Positions 8,213-17,346 of a stretch of DNA of 34,403 nucleotides are shown here, in pieces. The position numbers and the translations under genes were made by a program. The stretch is taken from the UHGV virus genome UHGV-0101604. The stretch is one strand, 5' to 3'. Within the stretch, counting starts at the first letter, position 1; every line of letters begins with the position of its first letter. Under the pieces are notes generated by a model. The model saw only the letters and a list, made by a program, of their open reading frames with translations, had not been told where the DNA came from and ran no database searches. Source of the stretch: a virus.

Positions 8213-9681
8213 TGGCACGAAACAAGCAAGCCTCTCAGCGAACGGCACAGGCCACCGCTGATGGCTATGAGAACTTTGTCGCCCGCGTGGGGATGCAGAC
8301 GCCTAACCAGCACTCAGCATCGACCTACCGGGCTAACTTCACCAGCCGCAACCGCATGCTGGTGGAATGGTCCTATCGTTCGTCCTGGATCATCGGCGAA
8401 GCGGTCGACGCTATCCCGGACGATATGACCCGGAAAGGCATTCGCATCACTTCGGAGATTGACGCCAAAGACCGTGGCACCCTGGAAGCGCAGCTGGATG
8501 AGTTGCAGATCTGGGATGCGCTGAACGACGTGCTGAAATGGTCGCGTCTCTACGGCGGCGCGGTTGGCTTCATCATGATTGAGGGGCAGGCACCAATGAC
8601 CCCGTTGCGGCTCGAAACCATTGGAGAAGGCAAGTTTAAGGGCATTCTCCCGCTCGACCGCTGGATGATTAACCCGGTGCTGACCCGCCGCATTAAAGAG
8701 ATGGGGCCGGACCTGGGTAAACCTGAGTTTTACGACGTGGTGACCACTGCAACGGGCATCCCGGCCTGGCGCATCCATCACAGCCGCCTGATTCGCTTCG
8801 ACGGGGTGACGCTGCCATTCCAGCAGAAGATGACCGAAAACGAATGGGGAATGTCGGTTGTAGAGCGTATCTGGGATCGTCTTACCGCGTTCGACAGCGC
8901 TACTGTCGGCGCGGCGCAGCTGGTCTACAAGGCGCATTTGCGTACCTACAGCGTGGAGAAGCTACGCGAGCTTATCGCACTTGGTGGTCCTGCGTATGAA
9001 GCGTTGCTGAAGAATATCGACCTGATTCGACAGTTCCAGAGCAATGAAGGCATGACGCTCATGGACTCGCGGGATAAGTTTGAAACGCATCAGTACAGCT
9101 TCAGTGGTCTGGATGACATCCTATCGCAGTTTGCAGAACAGATTAGTGGCGCTGTTGGTATTCCACTGGTGCGGTTGTTCGGACAGTCCCCGAAAGGATT
9201 TTCTACCGGTGATGCAGATCTTGCCAACTATTACGACCGCATCAGTTCGTTGCAGGAGAGGCGTTTACGTCTTCCGGTGCGTCGGATACTGGACATCATG
9301 CATCGTTCGGAACTTGGCAAGCCGCTCCCGGATGATTTCACGTTTGAGTTTAACCCGCTCTGGCAAATGTCTGATGTCGATCGCTCAACGGTGGCGTTAA
9401 ACACCACCAACGCAATCAGTACGGCGCTGGGCGACGGATTGATGACGCGTAAGGCGGCAATGACCGACCTGCGCGAAAACTCTGACGTCACCGGCATCGG
9501 GGCATCCATTACCGACGAGGACATAGAGAATGCCGAAGACGAAGCGCCGCCAGGCATCGGCGAACTTGGCGACAACCCGCCAGAGTCGCCAGGCGGAGAT
9601 CCGATATCGAACGAGCCTACGGCAGATAGCGCGGGCGGTCGGGGATATCGTAAATGGGCGCTACGATGGTTCAAACGATAG
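8212..9681 (+). CDS. Portal protein
   Basis: 489 aa, ATGA-coupled to terminase; acidic Gly/Pro-rich C-terminus; position and size typical of portals in Mu/SfV-like head modules. Confidence 0.85.
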   Translation: MARNKQASQRTAQATADGYENFVARVGMQTPNQHSASTYRANFTSRNRMLVEWSYRSSWIIGEAVDAIPDDMTRKGIRITSEIDAKDRGTLEAQLDELQIWDALNDVLKWSRLYGGAVGFIMIEGQAPMTPLRLETIGEGKFKGILPLDRWMINPVLTRRIKEMGPDLGKPEFYDVVTTATGIPAWRIHHSRLIRFDGVTLPFQQKMTENEWGMSVVERIWDRLTAFDSATVGAAQLVYKAHLRTYSVEKLRELIALGGPAYEALLKNIDLIRQFQSNEGMTLMDSRDKFETHQYSFSGLDDILSQFAEQISGAVGIPLVRLFGQSPKGFSTGDADLANYYDRISSLQERRLRLPVRRILDIMHRSELGKPLPDDFTFEFNPLWQMSDVDRSTVALNTTNAISTALGDGLMTRKAAMTDLRENSDVTGIGASITDEDIENAEDEAPPGIGELGDNPPESPGGDPISNEPTADSAGGRGYRKWALRWFKR

Positions 9682-10303
9682 CGTCACCGAAATCATGGAT
9701 GCGCTGGAGCGCTACAGCGAAATCATCACCCCCTGGGCGACGAAGGTTGCTGAGAACTTTACCGCCGACATTGCGCGCCAGAATGAAAAGCAGTGGCGTC
9801 AGCACAGCCGGAACATCAGTGCAGAGCTGCGCAACATGGTTGACCGCGCCCCGGTAGGCCAGGTGATGAAATCCATCGTTGCCGAGCAGATTAAGTACAT
9901 CAAATCGCTACCTCTTGAGGCCGCCGATCGGGTGTATGACATTCAGAACAAAGCCATCGAGGCCGTTGTGACTGGTGGCCGTGCTGAGCCATTCGCGAAA
10001 GAGATAGCTGCGTCCGGTGACGTGTCACGCTCACGAGCGAACCTTATCGCCCGTACCGAGCTTGGACGCGCAACCGGCGCGCTCGATCAGGCGCGTGCGC
10101 TGTCAATCGGCTCGAATGGTTATATCTGGCGTACAGCCGAAGATGGCGACGTCCGGCATTCTCATCGGGAGATGGAAGGTAAGTTTGTCGAATGGGGCCG
10201 ACCTCCAACGCTTGACGGTATGACCGGTCACGCTGGTGAGCTGCCGAACTGCCGCTGTTACAAAGAAATCGTCTTCCCCAACCCTCATTCTTATCTCGCC
10301 TGA
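9530..10303 (+). CDS. Head morphogenesis protein (Mu gpF / SPP1 gp7-like minor head protein)
   Basis: C-terminal conserved region ...LIARTELGRATGALDQARALSIGSNGYIWRTAEDGDVRHSHREMEGKFVEWG... typical of MuF-family proteins. Start at 9530 (GAGGA nearby) overlaps the portal 3' end by about 150 nt; ATG at 9695 is the alternative. Confidence 0.8.
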   Translation: MPKTKRRQASANLATTRQSRQAEIRYRTSLRQIARAVGDIVNGRYDGSNDSVTEIMDALERYSEIITPWATKVAENFTADIARQNEKQWRQHSRNISAELRNMVDRAPVGQVMKSIVAEQIKYIKSLPLEAADRVYDIQNKAIEAVVTGGRAEPFAKEIAASGDVSRSRANLIARTELGRATGALDQARALSIGSNGYIWRTAEDGDVRHSHREMEGKFVEWGRPPTLDGMTGHAGELPNCRCYKEIVFPNPHSYLA

Positions 10304-10317
10304 ATCGCAGGTAAACC

Positions 10318-11538
10318 ATGAAATATTTTTTCAATACCCGGCTGGGGGAAACCCGCTATCAGCTGGCTGACGGCTCGCTGCTGTGCAAAGACGTGCCGAT
10401 AGGTCGAACGGGTAAGCAGCTCTACGGCGCTGCCGATCTGCCAAACCTCAAACCCGACAAGCTCGGTGAGATAGTCGTAACGCGTTCTCCTGAGCAGGTA
10501 TTCCATCCGGCCACGCTCGCCTCATTCGAAGGGATGAGCATCACGATCCTGCATCCTGAAGATGAAAACGGGAATGTGCGGCTGGTAAATCCCGAGAACT
10601 GGAAAGAGCTTGCTGTCGGGCACCTCCAGAATGTCCGGCGCGGGACGGGTGAGCAGTCTGATTTGATGCTGGCTGACCTTATCGTCAAAGACGAAAGCGC
10701 CATTCAGCTTATCGAAGATGGCCTGCGCGAAGTGTCGTGCGGCTATGACGCGGAGTATGAGCAGACCGAGCCAGGTAAAGCCGAGCAGGTCGATATTACC
10801 GGAAACCATGTGGCTCTTGTCCCTAAAGGCAGAGCCGGAAATCGTTGTGCAATTGGAGACAGAGACACAATGGCAAATCAAAAGAAAAGCTGGTGGACCC
10901 GCATGCGCACGGCCATCAAAACGGGTGACGCTGACACCATGAACGAACTGGTGGAGTCGGCTCCCGCATCGGTTACAGGAGATGAGGGGGATTTGCCGCA
11001 GGGCGTTAATCTCAACATCAACCTGTCCCCGCAGCAACCGCTACCGGACAAAGCACCAGAGATGGGCGGAGGTCCAACCGGCGACAGTGGTGATGACCTC
11101 AAAACATTACTGAAAGCCCTGCTGGCTAAGCTGGAAGGAAATGCGACGGGCGATAACGACAATAAGCCTGACGATAATCCGACCGGTGACGGCGAGGACG
11201 ATGAAGAGGAAACCACGATTACTGGTGACTCAGCCTGGCGTGCCGAAGTTATCGTTCCGGGTATCGATCTGAGCCGTAAGATGAAACCGACCGCGTTCAA
11301 ACGCGAGGTTCTGGCTTCCGCTGACAAAACGCTGGTTCGCCAGATAGTCGGTGATGCGGATATCCGCAAATTACCGAAACAATCGGTCGACATGGCGTTT
11401 AATGCCGTGTCTGAGATTGCCAAAGGGCAAAACACCCGCGCCACCACCGGCGATGCACAGCGCCCAAACATGGGCATGACCAGTATCGCTTCCCTGAACA
11501 AACAAAACGCTGAATTCTGGGCAAACCGTAAAGGGTAA
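10318..11538 (+). CDS. Putative head scaffold/protease-like protein with acidic low-complexity linker
   Basis: 406 aa; conserved N-terminal domain, then a D/E/G/T-rich linker (GDSGDDLKTLLKALL...DDNPTGDGEDDEEETT); position between MuF-like gene and capsid genes. Family assignment from memory only. Confidence 0.65.
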   Translation: MKYFFNTRLGETRYQLADGSLLCKDVPIGRTGKQLYGAADLPNLKPDKLGEIVVTRSPEQVFHPATLASFEGMSITILHPEDENGNVRLVNPENWKELAVGHLQNVRRGTGEQSDLMLADLIVKDESAIQLIEDGLREVSCGYDAEYEQTEPGKAEQVDITGNHVALVPKGRAGNRCAIGDRDTMANQKKSWWTRMRTAIKTGDADTMNELVESAPASVTGDEGDLPQGVNLNINLSPQQPLPDKAPEMGGGPTGDSGDDLKTLLKALLAKLEGNATGDNDNKPDDNPTGDGEDDEEETTITGDSAWRAEVIVPGIDLSRKMKPTAFKREVLASADKTLVRQIVGDADIRKLPKQSVDMAFNAVSEIAKGQNTRATTGDAQRPNMGMTSIASLNKQNAEFWANRKG

Positions 11539-11541
11539 AAA

Positions 11542-12048
11542 ATGAATAATGTATTTCTGTACCGGATGCCTGTTGGCATTGCCGGGGCTGTTTCTCGCCC
11601 GCAGGACTTAACCGTCGAACCGGTGGTCCTTAAATCCGATAACGCCTTTGCTGCCTATGGCCTGGCTGGTAAATACGATGATGACGGTTTTTTCGTGCCG
11701 CTGGCAGATGGTGATACCGCAGACAAGGTGAAGGGGATCTACGTGCGCCCTTATCCGACCACTTCGCAGCCGGACATGGTTCGCCAGGTGGGGAGTGGCA
11801 AGAACTTCCCGGGCGACGCCATGAAGCGTGGCTACGTGACCGTTAATCTCGGTTCTGATTTTGATGCCAGCACCATCAAAAAAGGCGACCCGGTATACGT
11901 TGTCGTCTCCACTGATGAATCCATCAAAGTGCCGCTGGGTGGATTCATGTCCACGTCAGTCAGTGGCAAAAACGTGGTGCTGACCAACGCTGAATTCACA
12001 GGTGCCGGTGATGCTGACGGCAATGCAGAAATTTCCTGGAAGATTTAA
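11542..12048 (+). CDS. Putative head decoration / structural protein
   Basis: 168-aa ORF immediately upstream of the major capsid gene; function inferred from gene order. Confidence 0.55.
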   Translation: MNNVFLYRMPVGIAGAVSRPQDLTVEPVVLKSDNAFAAYGLAGKYDDDGFFVPLADGDTADKVKGIYVRPYPTTSQPDMVRQVGSGKNFPGDAMKRGYVTVNLGSDFDASTIKKGDPVYVVVSTDESIKVPLGGFMSTSVSGKNVVLTNAEFTGAGDADGNAEISWKI

Positions 12049-12059
12049 GGAACAGACGA

Positions 12060-13001
12060 ATGATTACTTTTGATCAGGCAACCGTTGACAGCTCTGGTGC
12101 CTTTCTCATCGGGGAGCTGGAGCGACTCGACCAGACGCTGAACCTGCCACTGGTGGGGTACACCTGGACCCGCGATATTCAGTTGCGTGAAGATGTCTCT
12201 ATCGCAGATGACATTTCCAGCTGGACGAATACCAGCTTCGCCGCTGCGGGTACTGGTGCAAATCCGAATGGCAAAAACTGGGTAGGCAAAGACTCAACCG
12301 CTATTGCTGGCGTGAACGTGGATATCGGCAAATCCGGTAACCCGCTGAACCTGTGGGGGATGGAACTTGGCTGGACGGTCATAGAATTGCAGGCTGCTCA
12401 GCAGGTCGGCCGCCCGATTGATACGCAGAAGTATGACGGTATGCAACTGAAATGGCAGATGGATAACGATGAACAGGTATATGTTGGCGATTCCGCATTA
12501 AACCTGAAAGGCCTTGTTACCCTGGACGGCGTGCCTGTCAACAACGCTGCTAAAACGTGGGCAACCTCAACACCGGACGAAATCCGCGCAAGCATTAACC
12601 AGGTGCTGTCTGATGCGTGGGCCGCTTCCGGTTACTCTGTGGTTCCGCGTGATTTGCTGATCCCGCCTGAGCAGTTTGCTCTGTTGTCCAGCATCATCGT
12701 TTCATCTGCGGGTAACCAGTCCCTGTTGACGTACCTTCAGACCAACACCATCAGCTATCACCAGAACGGTGTTCCGCTGAATATCCGCGCGGTTAAATGG
12801 CTGAAAGGCCGTGGTGTGGGGAATAAGGATCGCATGGTTGCGTACACCAACGATAAAAAATACGTCCGCTACCCGCTGGTTCCGCTTCAGAGCGTGCCGG
12901 TGCAGTATCGCGGTCTGTATCAGATCGTCACTTACTACGGCAAGCTGGGTGCAGTCGAGCCAGTGTACAAAGAAACCATTTCGTACGTTGATGGCATTTA
13001 A
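12060..13001 (+). CDS. Major capsid protein
   Basis: 313 aa with good RBS (AAGGAACAGACGAATG); size and position as expected for the major capsid protein in this head-module arrangement. Confidence 0.8.
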   Translation: MITFDQATVDSSGAFLIGELERLDQTLNLPLVGYTWTRDIQLREDVSIADDISSWTNTSFAAAGTGANPNGKNWVGKDSTAIAGVNVDIGKSGNPLNLWGMELGWTVIELQAAQQVGRPIDTQKYDGMQLKWQMDNDEQVYVGDSALNLKGLVTLDGVPVNNAAKTWATSTPDEIRASINQVLSDAWAASGYSVVPRDLLIPPEQFALLSSIIVSSAGNQSLLTYLQTNTISYHQNGVPLNIRAVKWLKGRGVGNKDRMVAYTNDKKYVRYPLVPLQSVPVQYRGLYQIVTYYGKLGAVEPVYKETISYVDGI

Positions 13002-13042
13002 CAGCCATATGGCCCCCTGGCGGGGCCATTAAGGATGACCCG

Positions 13043-13264
13043 ATGGCAAAAAATAATGCAGTAATACACGTACATACCCCGTTTGTGCTCACGCTTCCCG
13101 ACGGTTCGCGGCGCGAGTTTGTTAAAGGCCGTCATGCTGTGGAGGAAGACGTTGCCACGCACTGGTTCACTCGTGCGCACGCGGAAGTATCCGTTGGCAA
13201 AGCCACAGACGCGCGTAACGAGGTAAAAAATGCCAAAGAATCAAAGTCTGCCAGCGGTAAGTGA
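13043..13264 (+). CDS. Hypothetical small head-region protein
   Basis: 73-aa ORF with RBS AAGGATGACCCGATG; unknown function. Confidence 0.45.
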   Translation: MAKNNAVIHVHTPFVLTLPDGSRREFVKGRHAVEEDVATHWFTRAHAEVSVGKATDARNEVKNAKESKSASGK

Positions 13265-13637
13265 TTTTCGCCGCGACTTCCCGCAGTTTGCTGACCCTGC
13301 CAAATATCCCGAAGCGCAAATCCAGTTTCGTCTGAATCTGGCCGATGAACTGCTGAGCGAAAACGTCACCGGAAAAAAGTTGTTTCCGTACTTTGCCGGG
13401 TTGTTCGTTGCGCACTACATGACGCTCTGGGCGGCAGACAGCAGAGCGATGCTGGCTGGTGGTCCGGGCGGTTCAACCAATGGTGTTCAGTCCTCAAAGT
13501 CCGTTGACAAGGTAAGCGTCAGCTATGACACCAGCGCGACGCTGAATCCTGATGCAGGTTTCTGGAATAACACCCGATATGGCGCTGAATTTTATCAGTT
13601 GATCACGATGTTCGGTGCAGGCGGTCGCCAGCTATGA
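13230..13637 (+). CDS. Putative head-tail connector / head completion protein
   Basis: 135-aa ORF in the connector gene block; starts with GAGG-ATG; overlaps the previous ORF by 35 nt in another frame. Confidence 0.6.
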   Translation: MPKNQSLPAVSDFRRDFPQFADPAKYPEAQIQFRLNLADELLSENVTGKKLFPYFAGLFVAHYMTLWAADSRAMLAGGPGGSTNGVQSSKSVDKVSVSYDTSATLNPDAGFWNNTRYGAEFYQLITMFGAGGRQL

Positions 13638-14188
13638 GTTTCAAAAGCGGTGTAACAACGAGGGTGGATAACGCTAAGGCCATTCTGGATGCGCTCAGGT
13701 CGTTAACCAAAAAAGATGTGCTGGTCGGCATCCCTTCGGAAGACAGCGAGCGGGATGATGTTCCGTTTGGTAATGCGGGCATCGGTTACCTCAACGAATA
13801 CGGCTCACCAGAGCAGAACATCCCGCCACGACCTCACCTGGTCCCCGGCGTTAAATCGGCAGAAGAGCAGACGGTGCCGCAGCTCAAAACCGCGGCGCAG
13901 GCTGCTCTTGATGGTAATGCTGCGGGAGCAGAACGCGCACTCAACCGTGCCGGAACGCTGGCCGCTAATGGCGTCAGGCGTTACATGACTATTACCGGCT
14001 TTACGCCGCTTGCTGACAGCACTGTTGAAGCTCGGGCTCGTCGGGGGCGCAAGGGGGCAACACTGGAACTTGCCCGGCGTGCTGCTGGCGAATCTCCGGG
14101 AACCGAACTGGCGAAACCATTAATTGATACCGGGCAATATCGCAGAGCTATTACCCATGTTGTGAGGGATAAAGATGCCGACTCTTGA
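13634..14188 (+). CDS. Putative virion structural (neck/adaptor) protein
   Basis: 184 aa, ATGA-coupled to the upstream gene; position between capsid and tail sheath genes. Confidence 0.6.
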   Translation: MSFKSGVTTRVDNAKAILDALRSLTKKDVLVGIPSEDSERDDVPFGNAGIGYLNEYGSPEQNIPPRPHLVPGVKSAEEQTVPQLKTAAQAALDGNAAGAERALNRAGTLAANGVRRYMTITGFTPLADSTVEARARRGRKGATLELARRAAGESPGTELAKPLIDTGQYRRAITHVVRDKDADS

Positions 14189-14564
14189 TGTAACAGATGT
14201 GCTTTTTGACCCCGATTTTTGCGACTTCAATTTGTGGGTAACACGCCGAGTGCAAACGGTGGATGAGGACGGGATCGGCAGCGACAGTGAAGTTAAAAAG
14301 CAGTTTGCCGGAGTCGTAACTGTTGATCGCTCTCTGGAAAACCGCCGTATGCAGGCAGGGCAGGTAATCAGCGGTGCAATTCTGATTGTGACGACTGAGC
14401 GACTGACGCAGGGACAGACTGGCCTTGATGCCGATATCGTGACGTATCAGGACCGTGATTATCGTGTGACCTTCGTCGACCCGTATACAGCTTATGGGGC
14501 CGGATTCGTTCAGGCGCATTGTGAGTTGATGCCGTTTGATGGGGGAACTCCGGTTGAGCAATAA
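14175..14564 (+). CDS. Putative head closure / tail completion protein
   Basis: 129-aa ORF with RBS AGGGATAAAGATG, overlapping the upstream gene; gene order. Confidence 0.6.
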   Translation: MPTLDVTDVLFDPDFCDFNLWVTRRVQTVDEDGIGSDSEVKKQFAGVVTVDRSLENRRMQAGQVISGAILIVTTERLTQGQTGLDADIVTYQDRDYRVTFVDPYTAYGAGFVQAHCELMPFDGGTPVEQ

Positions 14565-15102
14565 CACCAGTACAGAGCGCGGATGGTTAATACCAACCAG
14601 TGGCGATCCGGATTATGACGAAGCGCTCGACAGGCTGTTAAGCCAGTGGATGCGTAACGTTTCCGGTCTGTCTGCCGGGATGGTTCGCCCGCGCTGGCAG
14701 AAAGAGCAGCCGTCACTGCTACCGGCTGAAACGAACTGGTGTGCGTTTGGAGTTATCGGATGGTCAGGTGATGACAGTCCGGCATTCACCAGACAGACCG
14801 ATGATGGCTCTCAGCTCTGGCGGCATGAAACGATTGAGTGTATGGCTTCGTTTTATGGTCCGGCGGGGATGGTGTATGCGTCCCGGTTTCGTGACGGTAT
14901 ATCTGTACCGCAGAACAATGCAGCACTGAATGCGCTGGGGCTGTCTCTTGGCGATTACACAGGTCTGACCCCCTTCCCTGAACTTATTAATCAGCAATGG
15001 GTCCGCCGCTACGATATGACGGTGCGTCTGCGCCGGAAGGTTGTGCGCGAGTACGGTATTAAATCGCTGGTGGAAGCACCAGTCATCTTTTTCGGAGATT
15101 AA
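14539..15102 (+). CDS. Putative neck / tail terminator-like protein
   Basis: 188-aa ORF (ATG at 14539; track ORF starts at TTG 14536); precedes the sheath gene. Confidence 0.55.
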   Translation: MGELRLSNNTSTERGWLIPTSGDPDYDEALDRLLSQWMRNVSGLSAGMVRPRWQKEQPSLLPAETNWCAFGVIGWSGDDSPAFTRQTDDGSQLWRHETIECMASFYGPAGMVYASRFRDGISVPQNNAALNALGLSLGDYTGLTPFPELINQQWVRRYDMTVRLRRKVVREYGIKSLVEAPVIFFGD

Positions 15103-15105
15103 GCT

Positions 15106-16251
15106 ATGGCACAGGGCTTGCCTGTATCAAACGTTGTTAATGTTGATGTGATCATGTCGCCGCGTGCAGCATCAGGGCGAAATTTTGGTGCATTACTCAT
15201 TCTCGGCCCGTCCACAATCATTCCGGTAAGTGAGCGCATTCGCCGTTATTCTGCCGCGGAAGATATTGGAAAAGATTTTGGCGTGGAATCACCAGAATAT
15301 AAAGCTGCGCAGGTGTTTTTCTCACAATCACCGAAACCTCAGGAGGTTTTTGTTGGTCGTTGGGTGAAAACGAAGGGAGACAGCGAACAGGCCACGCCTG
15401 AGACGCTGGAGCAGGCTGTGAATGCCATGCTTGATTATACTTCATGGTATGGGCTGGGGATTGCAGACGATGCAGATATTCCGGATGCAGACTGGCTGAA
15501 AGTGGCTGCGGCGATCGAATCCTCTTCTGTAAGCCGTATTCTGGCGATTACGACAAGCGATGAGAAATGCCTGCAGACTGCATCCAGAGATGATTTGGCA
15601 TCAAAACTGAAAACCGCCGGATATTCACGCAGTTTTATTCAGTATTCATCGGGTAATAAATACGCTGCGTTATCTGCATTTGGCCGGGCATTCACGGTTA
15701 ATTTCAATGGCAGTAATACCGCGATTACGCTCAAGTTTAAGCAGGAGCCGGGTGTCGGGTATGAAACACTGACAGTCAGCCAGGCATCGGCACTTGATGC
15801 AAAAAACTGCAATGTGTTCGTGTACTACCAGAATGATACGGCTATCCTCCAGCAGGGAGTGATGGCTAACGGCGATTTCTTTGATGAACGCCACGGCCTG
15901 GACTGGTTACAGAATTATGTGCAGACCAACCTCTATAACCTGCTTTATACCAGCACCACGAAAGTTCCCCAGACTGAAGCCGGTATTACCCGACTGTTAT
16001 CAAATGTAGAAAAATCACTGGATCAGGCCGTTCAGAATGGACTGATTGCTCCGGGCGTATGGAACGGTGGCGACCTTGGGCAGTTGTCATCAGGTGACAC
16101 GCTGCCCAAAGGTTATTACGTATACGCCCAGCCGCTGGATGAACAGGCACAATCAGAACGTGAAGCCCGTAAGGCTCCGGTGATTCAGGCTGCAATAAAA
16201 CTTGCAGGCGCGGTTCATTACGCTGACGTACAGATTAACGTTGTTCGCTAA
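15106..16251 (+). CDS. Tail sheath protein (contractile tail)
   Basis: 381 aa immediately upstream of the tube and chaperone genes; order sheath-tube-chaperone-tape measure is diagnostic of a contractile tail. Family assignment from memory. Confidence 0.75.
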   Translation: MAQGLPVSNVVNVDVIMSPRAASGRNFGALLILGPSTIIPVSERIRRYSAAEDIGKDFGVESPEYKAAQVFFSQSPKPQEVFVGRWVKTKGDSEQATPETLEQAVNAMLDYTSWYGLGIADDADIPDADWLKVAAAIESSSVSRILAITTSDEKCLQTASRDDLASKLKTAGYSRSFIQYSSGNKYAALSAFGRAFTVNFNGSNTAITLKFKQEPGVGYETLTVSQASALDAKNCNVFVYYQNDTAILQQGVMANGDFFDERHGLDWLQNYVQTNLYNLLYTSTTKVPQTEAGITRLLSNVEKSLDQAVQNGLIAPGVWNGGDLGQLSSGDTLPKGYYVYAQPLDEQAQSEREARKAPVIQAAIKLAGAVHYADVQINVVR

Positions 16252-16261
16252 GGGGAAGTGA

Positions 16262-16702
16262 ATGTCTACCTATTCTTTTATGGATGTCACTGCGACGCTG
16301 ACCGGGCCGACCGGTTCGATTGACCTCGGGTACGGTTCGGCAAGTTCTGAGGAGGGGATTGTGGTTGCGATGGGCGGTCCTAAAAACACCATGACCATCG
16401 GTGCTGATGGCGAAGTGATGCACAGCCTCCATGCAGATAAAAGCGGGACGATTACCGTTAACCTTCTGAAGACATCACCGACAAATAAAAAATTGTCGCT
16501 GGCGTATAACGCACAGAGCCAGTCTTCTGCCACATGGGGGAATAACGTTATCGTGATCCGCAACAAGGTCAGCGGCGACATCATCACGGCACGCAGTGTT
16601 GCGTTCCAGAAACAACCGGATAACGCCAACGCTAAAACCGGTAATACGATGCCGTGGGTGTTTGACTGCGGCAAGATTGACCAGGTTCTCGGGGAGTTTT
16701 AA
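16262..16702 (+). CDS. Tail tube protein
   Basis: 146-aa ORF between sheath and chaperone genes with RBS GGGGAAGTGAATG. Confidence 0.75.
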   Translation: MSTYSFMDVTATLTGPTGSIDLGYGSASSEEGIVVAMGGPKNTMTIGADGEVMHSLHADKSGTITVNLLKTSPTNKKLSLAYNAQSQSSATWGNNVIVIRNKVSGDIITARSVAFQKQPDNANAKTGNTMPWVFDCGKIDQVLGEF

Positions 16703-16705
16703 TAC

Positions 16706-17158
16706 ATGGAATTCGAAATTAAAGGCGTGAAATATCGCGCGGCAAAACTCAGCGTTTTTGACCAGCTGAAAGTGACCCGTAAACTTCTTCCGGTGCTGGC
16801 GGGAATGATGTCAGATTTCGGGAGCATTCGCTCCAGTTTGCCTGCTGATGGCAAAATCGACACCGTGAAATTCGAGCAGTTAAAACCGGTGTTTGAAACC
16901 ATGCTCCCGCGTATCGCTGAGGAACTGTCTTCCCTGACCGAAGATGACACCGATGCGATTATTCATCCCTGTCTTGCGGTGGTATCGCGGCGTCATATGG
17001 ACGGATGGGTGCCGGTATTTACCCAGGGCGAACTGATGTTTGATGATATTGACCTGCTGGTCATGCTGCAGCTGGTGGCGCGGGTGGTCGCCGATTCGCT
17101 GGGAAATTTTTTGCCTACACCCCTTACCAGCACGACGCAGAGCCTGCAACAGGGCTGA
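16706..17158 (+). CDS. Tail assembly chaperone (upstream frame)
   Basis: 150-aa acidic protein directly upstream of the tape measure gene; contains a slippery run near its 3' end and an open -1 frame continuing to about 17346. Confidence 0.7.
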   Translation: MEFEIKGVKYRAAKLSVFDQLKVTRKLLPVLAGMMSDFGSIRSSLPADGKIDTVKFEQLKPVFETMLPRIAEELSSLTEDDTDAIIHPCLAVVSRRHMDGWVPVFTQGELMFDDIDLLVMLQLVARVVADSLGNFLPTPLTSTTQSLQQG

Positions 17159-17346
17159 CGTTTAACAGCCTGCCGGACGGGCTGTCCTACCTTCTCAATC
17201 CGGTTGACGCCGGGTTAATTCCTTATACAGCACTTAAAGATGGCTCTGTCGATTTGTACGACATTGCTCTCTTGAATGACCATCTGGCGGTAAAAGCGGA
17301 TAACCAGCGGCGCATTGAGAAATGGAGAGAGGATAATGAACGCTGA
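17107..17346 (+). other. Candidate programmed -1 ribosomal frameshift site and chaperone extension frame
   Basis: Heptamer T TTT TTG at 17107-17113 (within GGGAAATTTTTTG) in the chaperone frame; the -1 frame is open from there for about 78 codons, ending at a TGA near 17344-17346 that overlaps the tape measure start. Confidence 0.45.

Noticed and set aside
8314-8937. 207-aa minus-strand ORF inside the portal gene
   Set aside because: Lies entirely antisense to a well-supported, translationally coupled portal gene in GC-rich DNA; Arg/Pro-rich low-complexity translation typical of shadow ORFs.
10522-11579. Minus-strand ORFs (171 aa, 233 aa) antisense to the scaffold-like gene
   Set aside because: Antisense to a coding region with strong sense-strand signal; Ser/Pro/Arg-rich translations; no RBS context.
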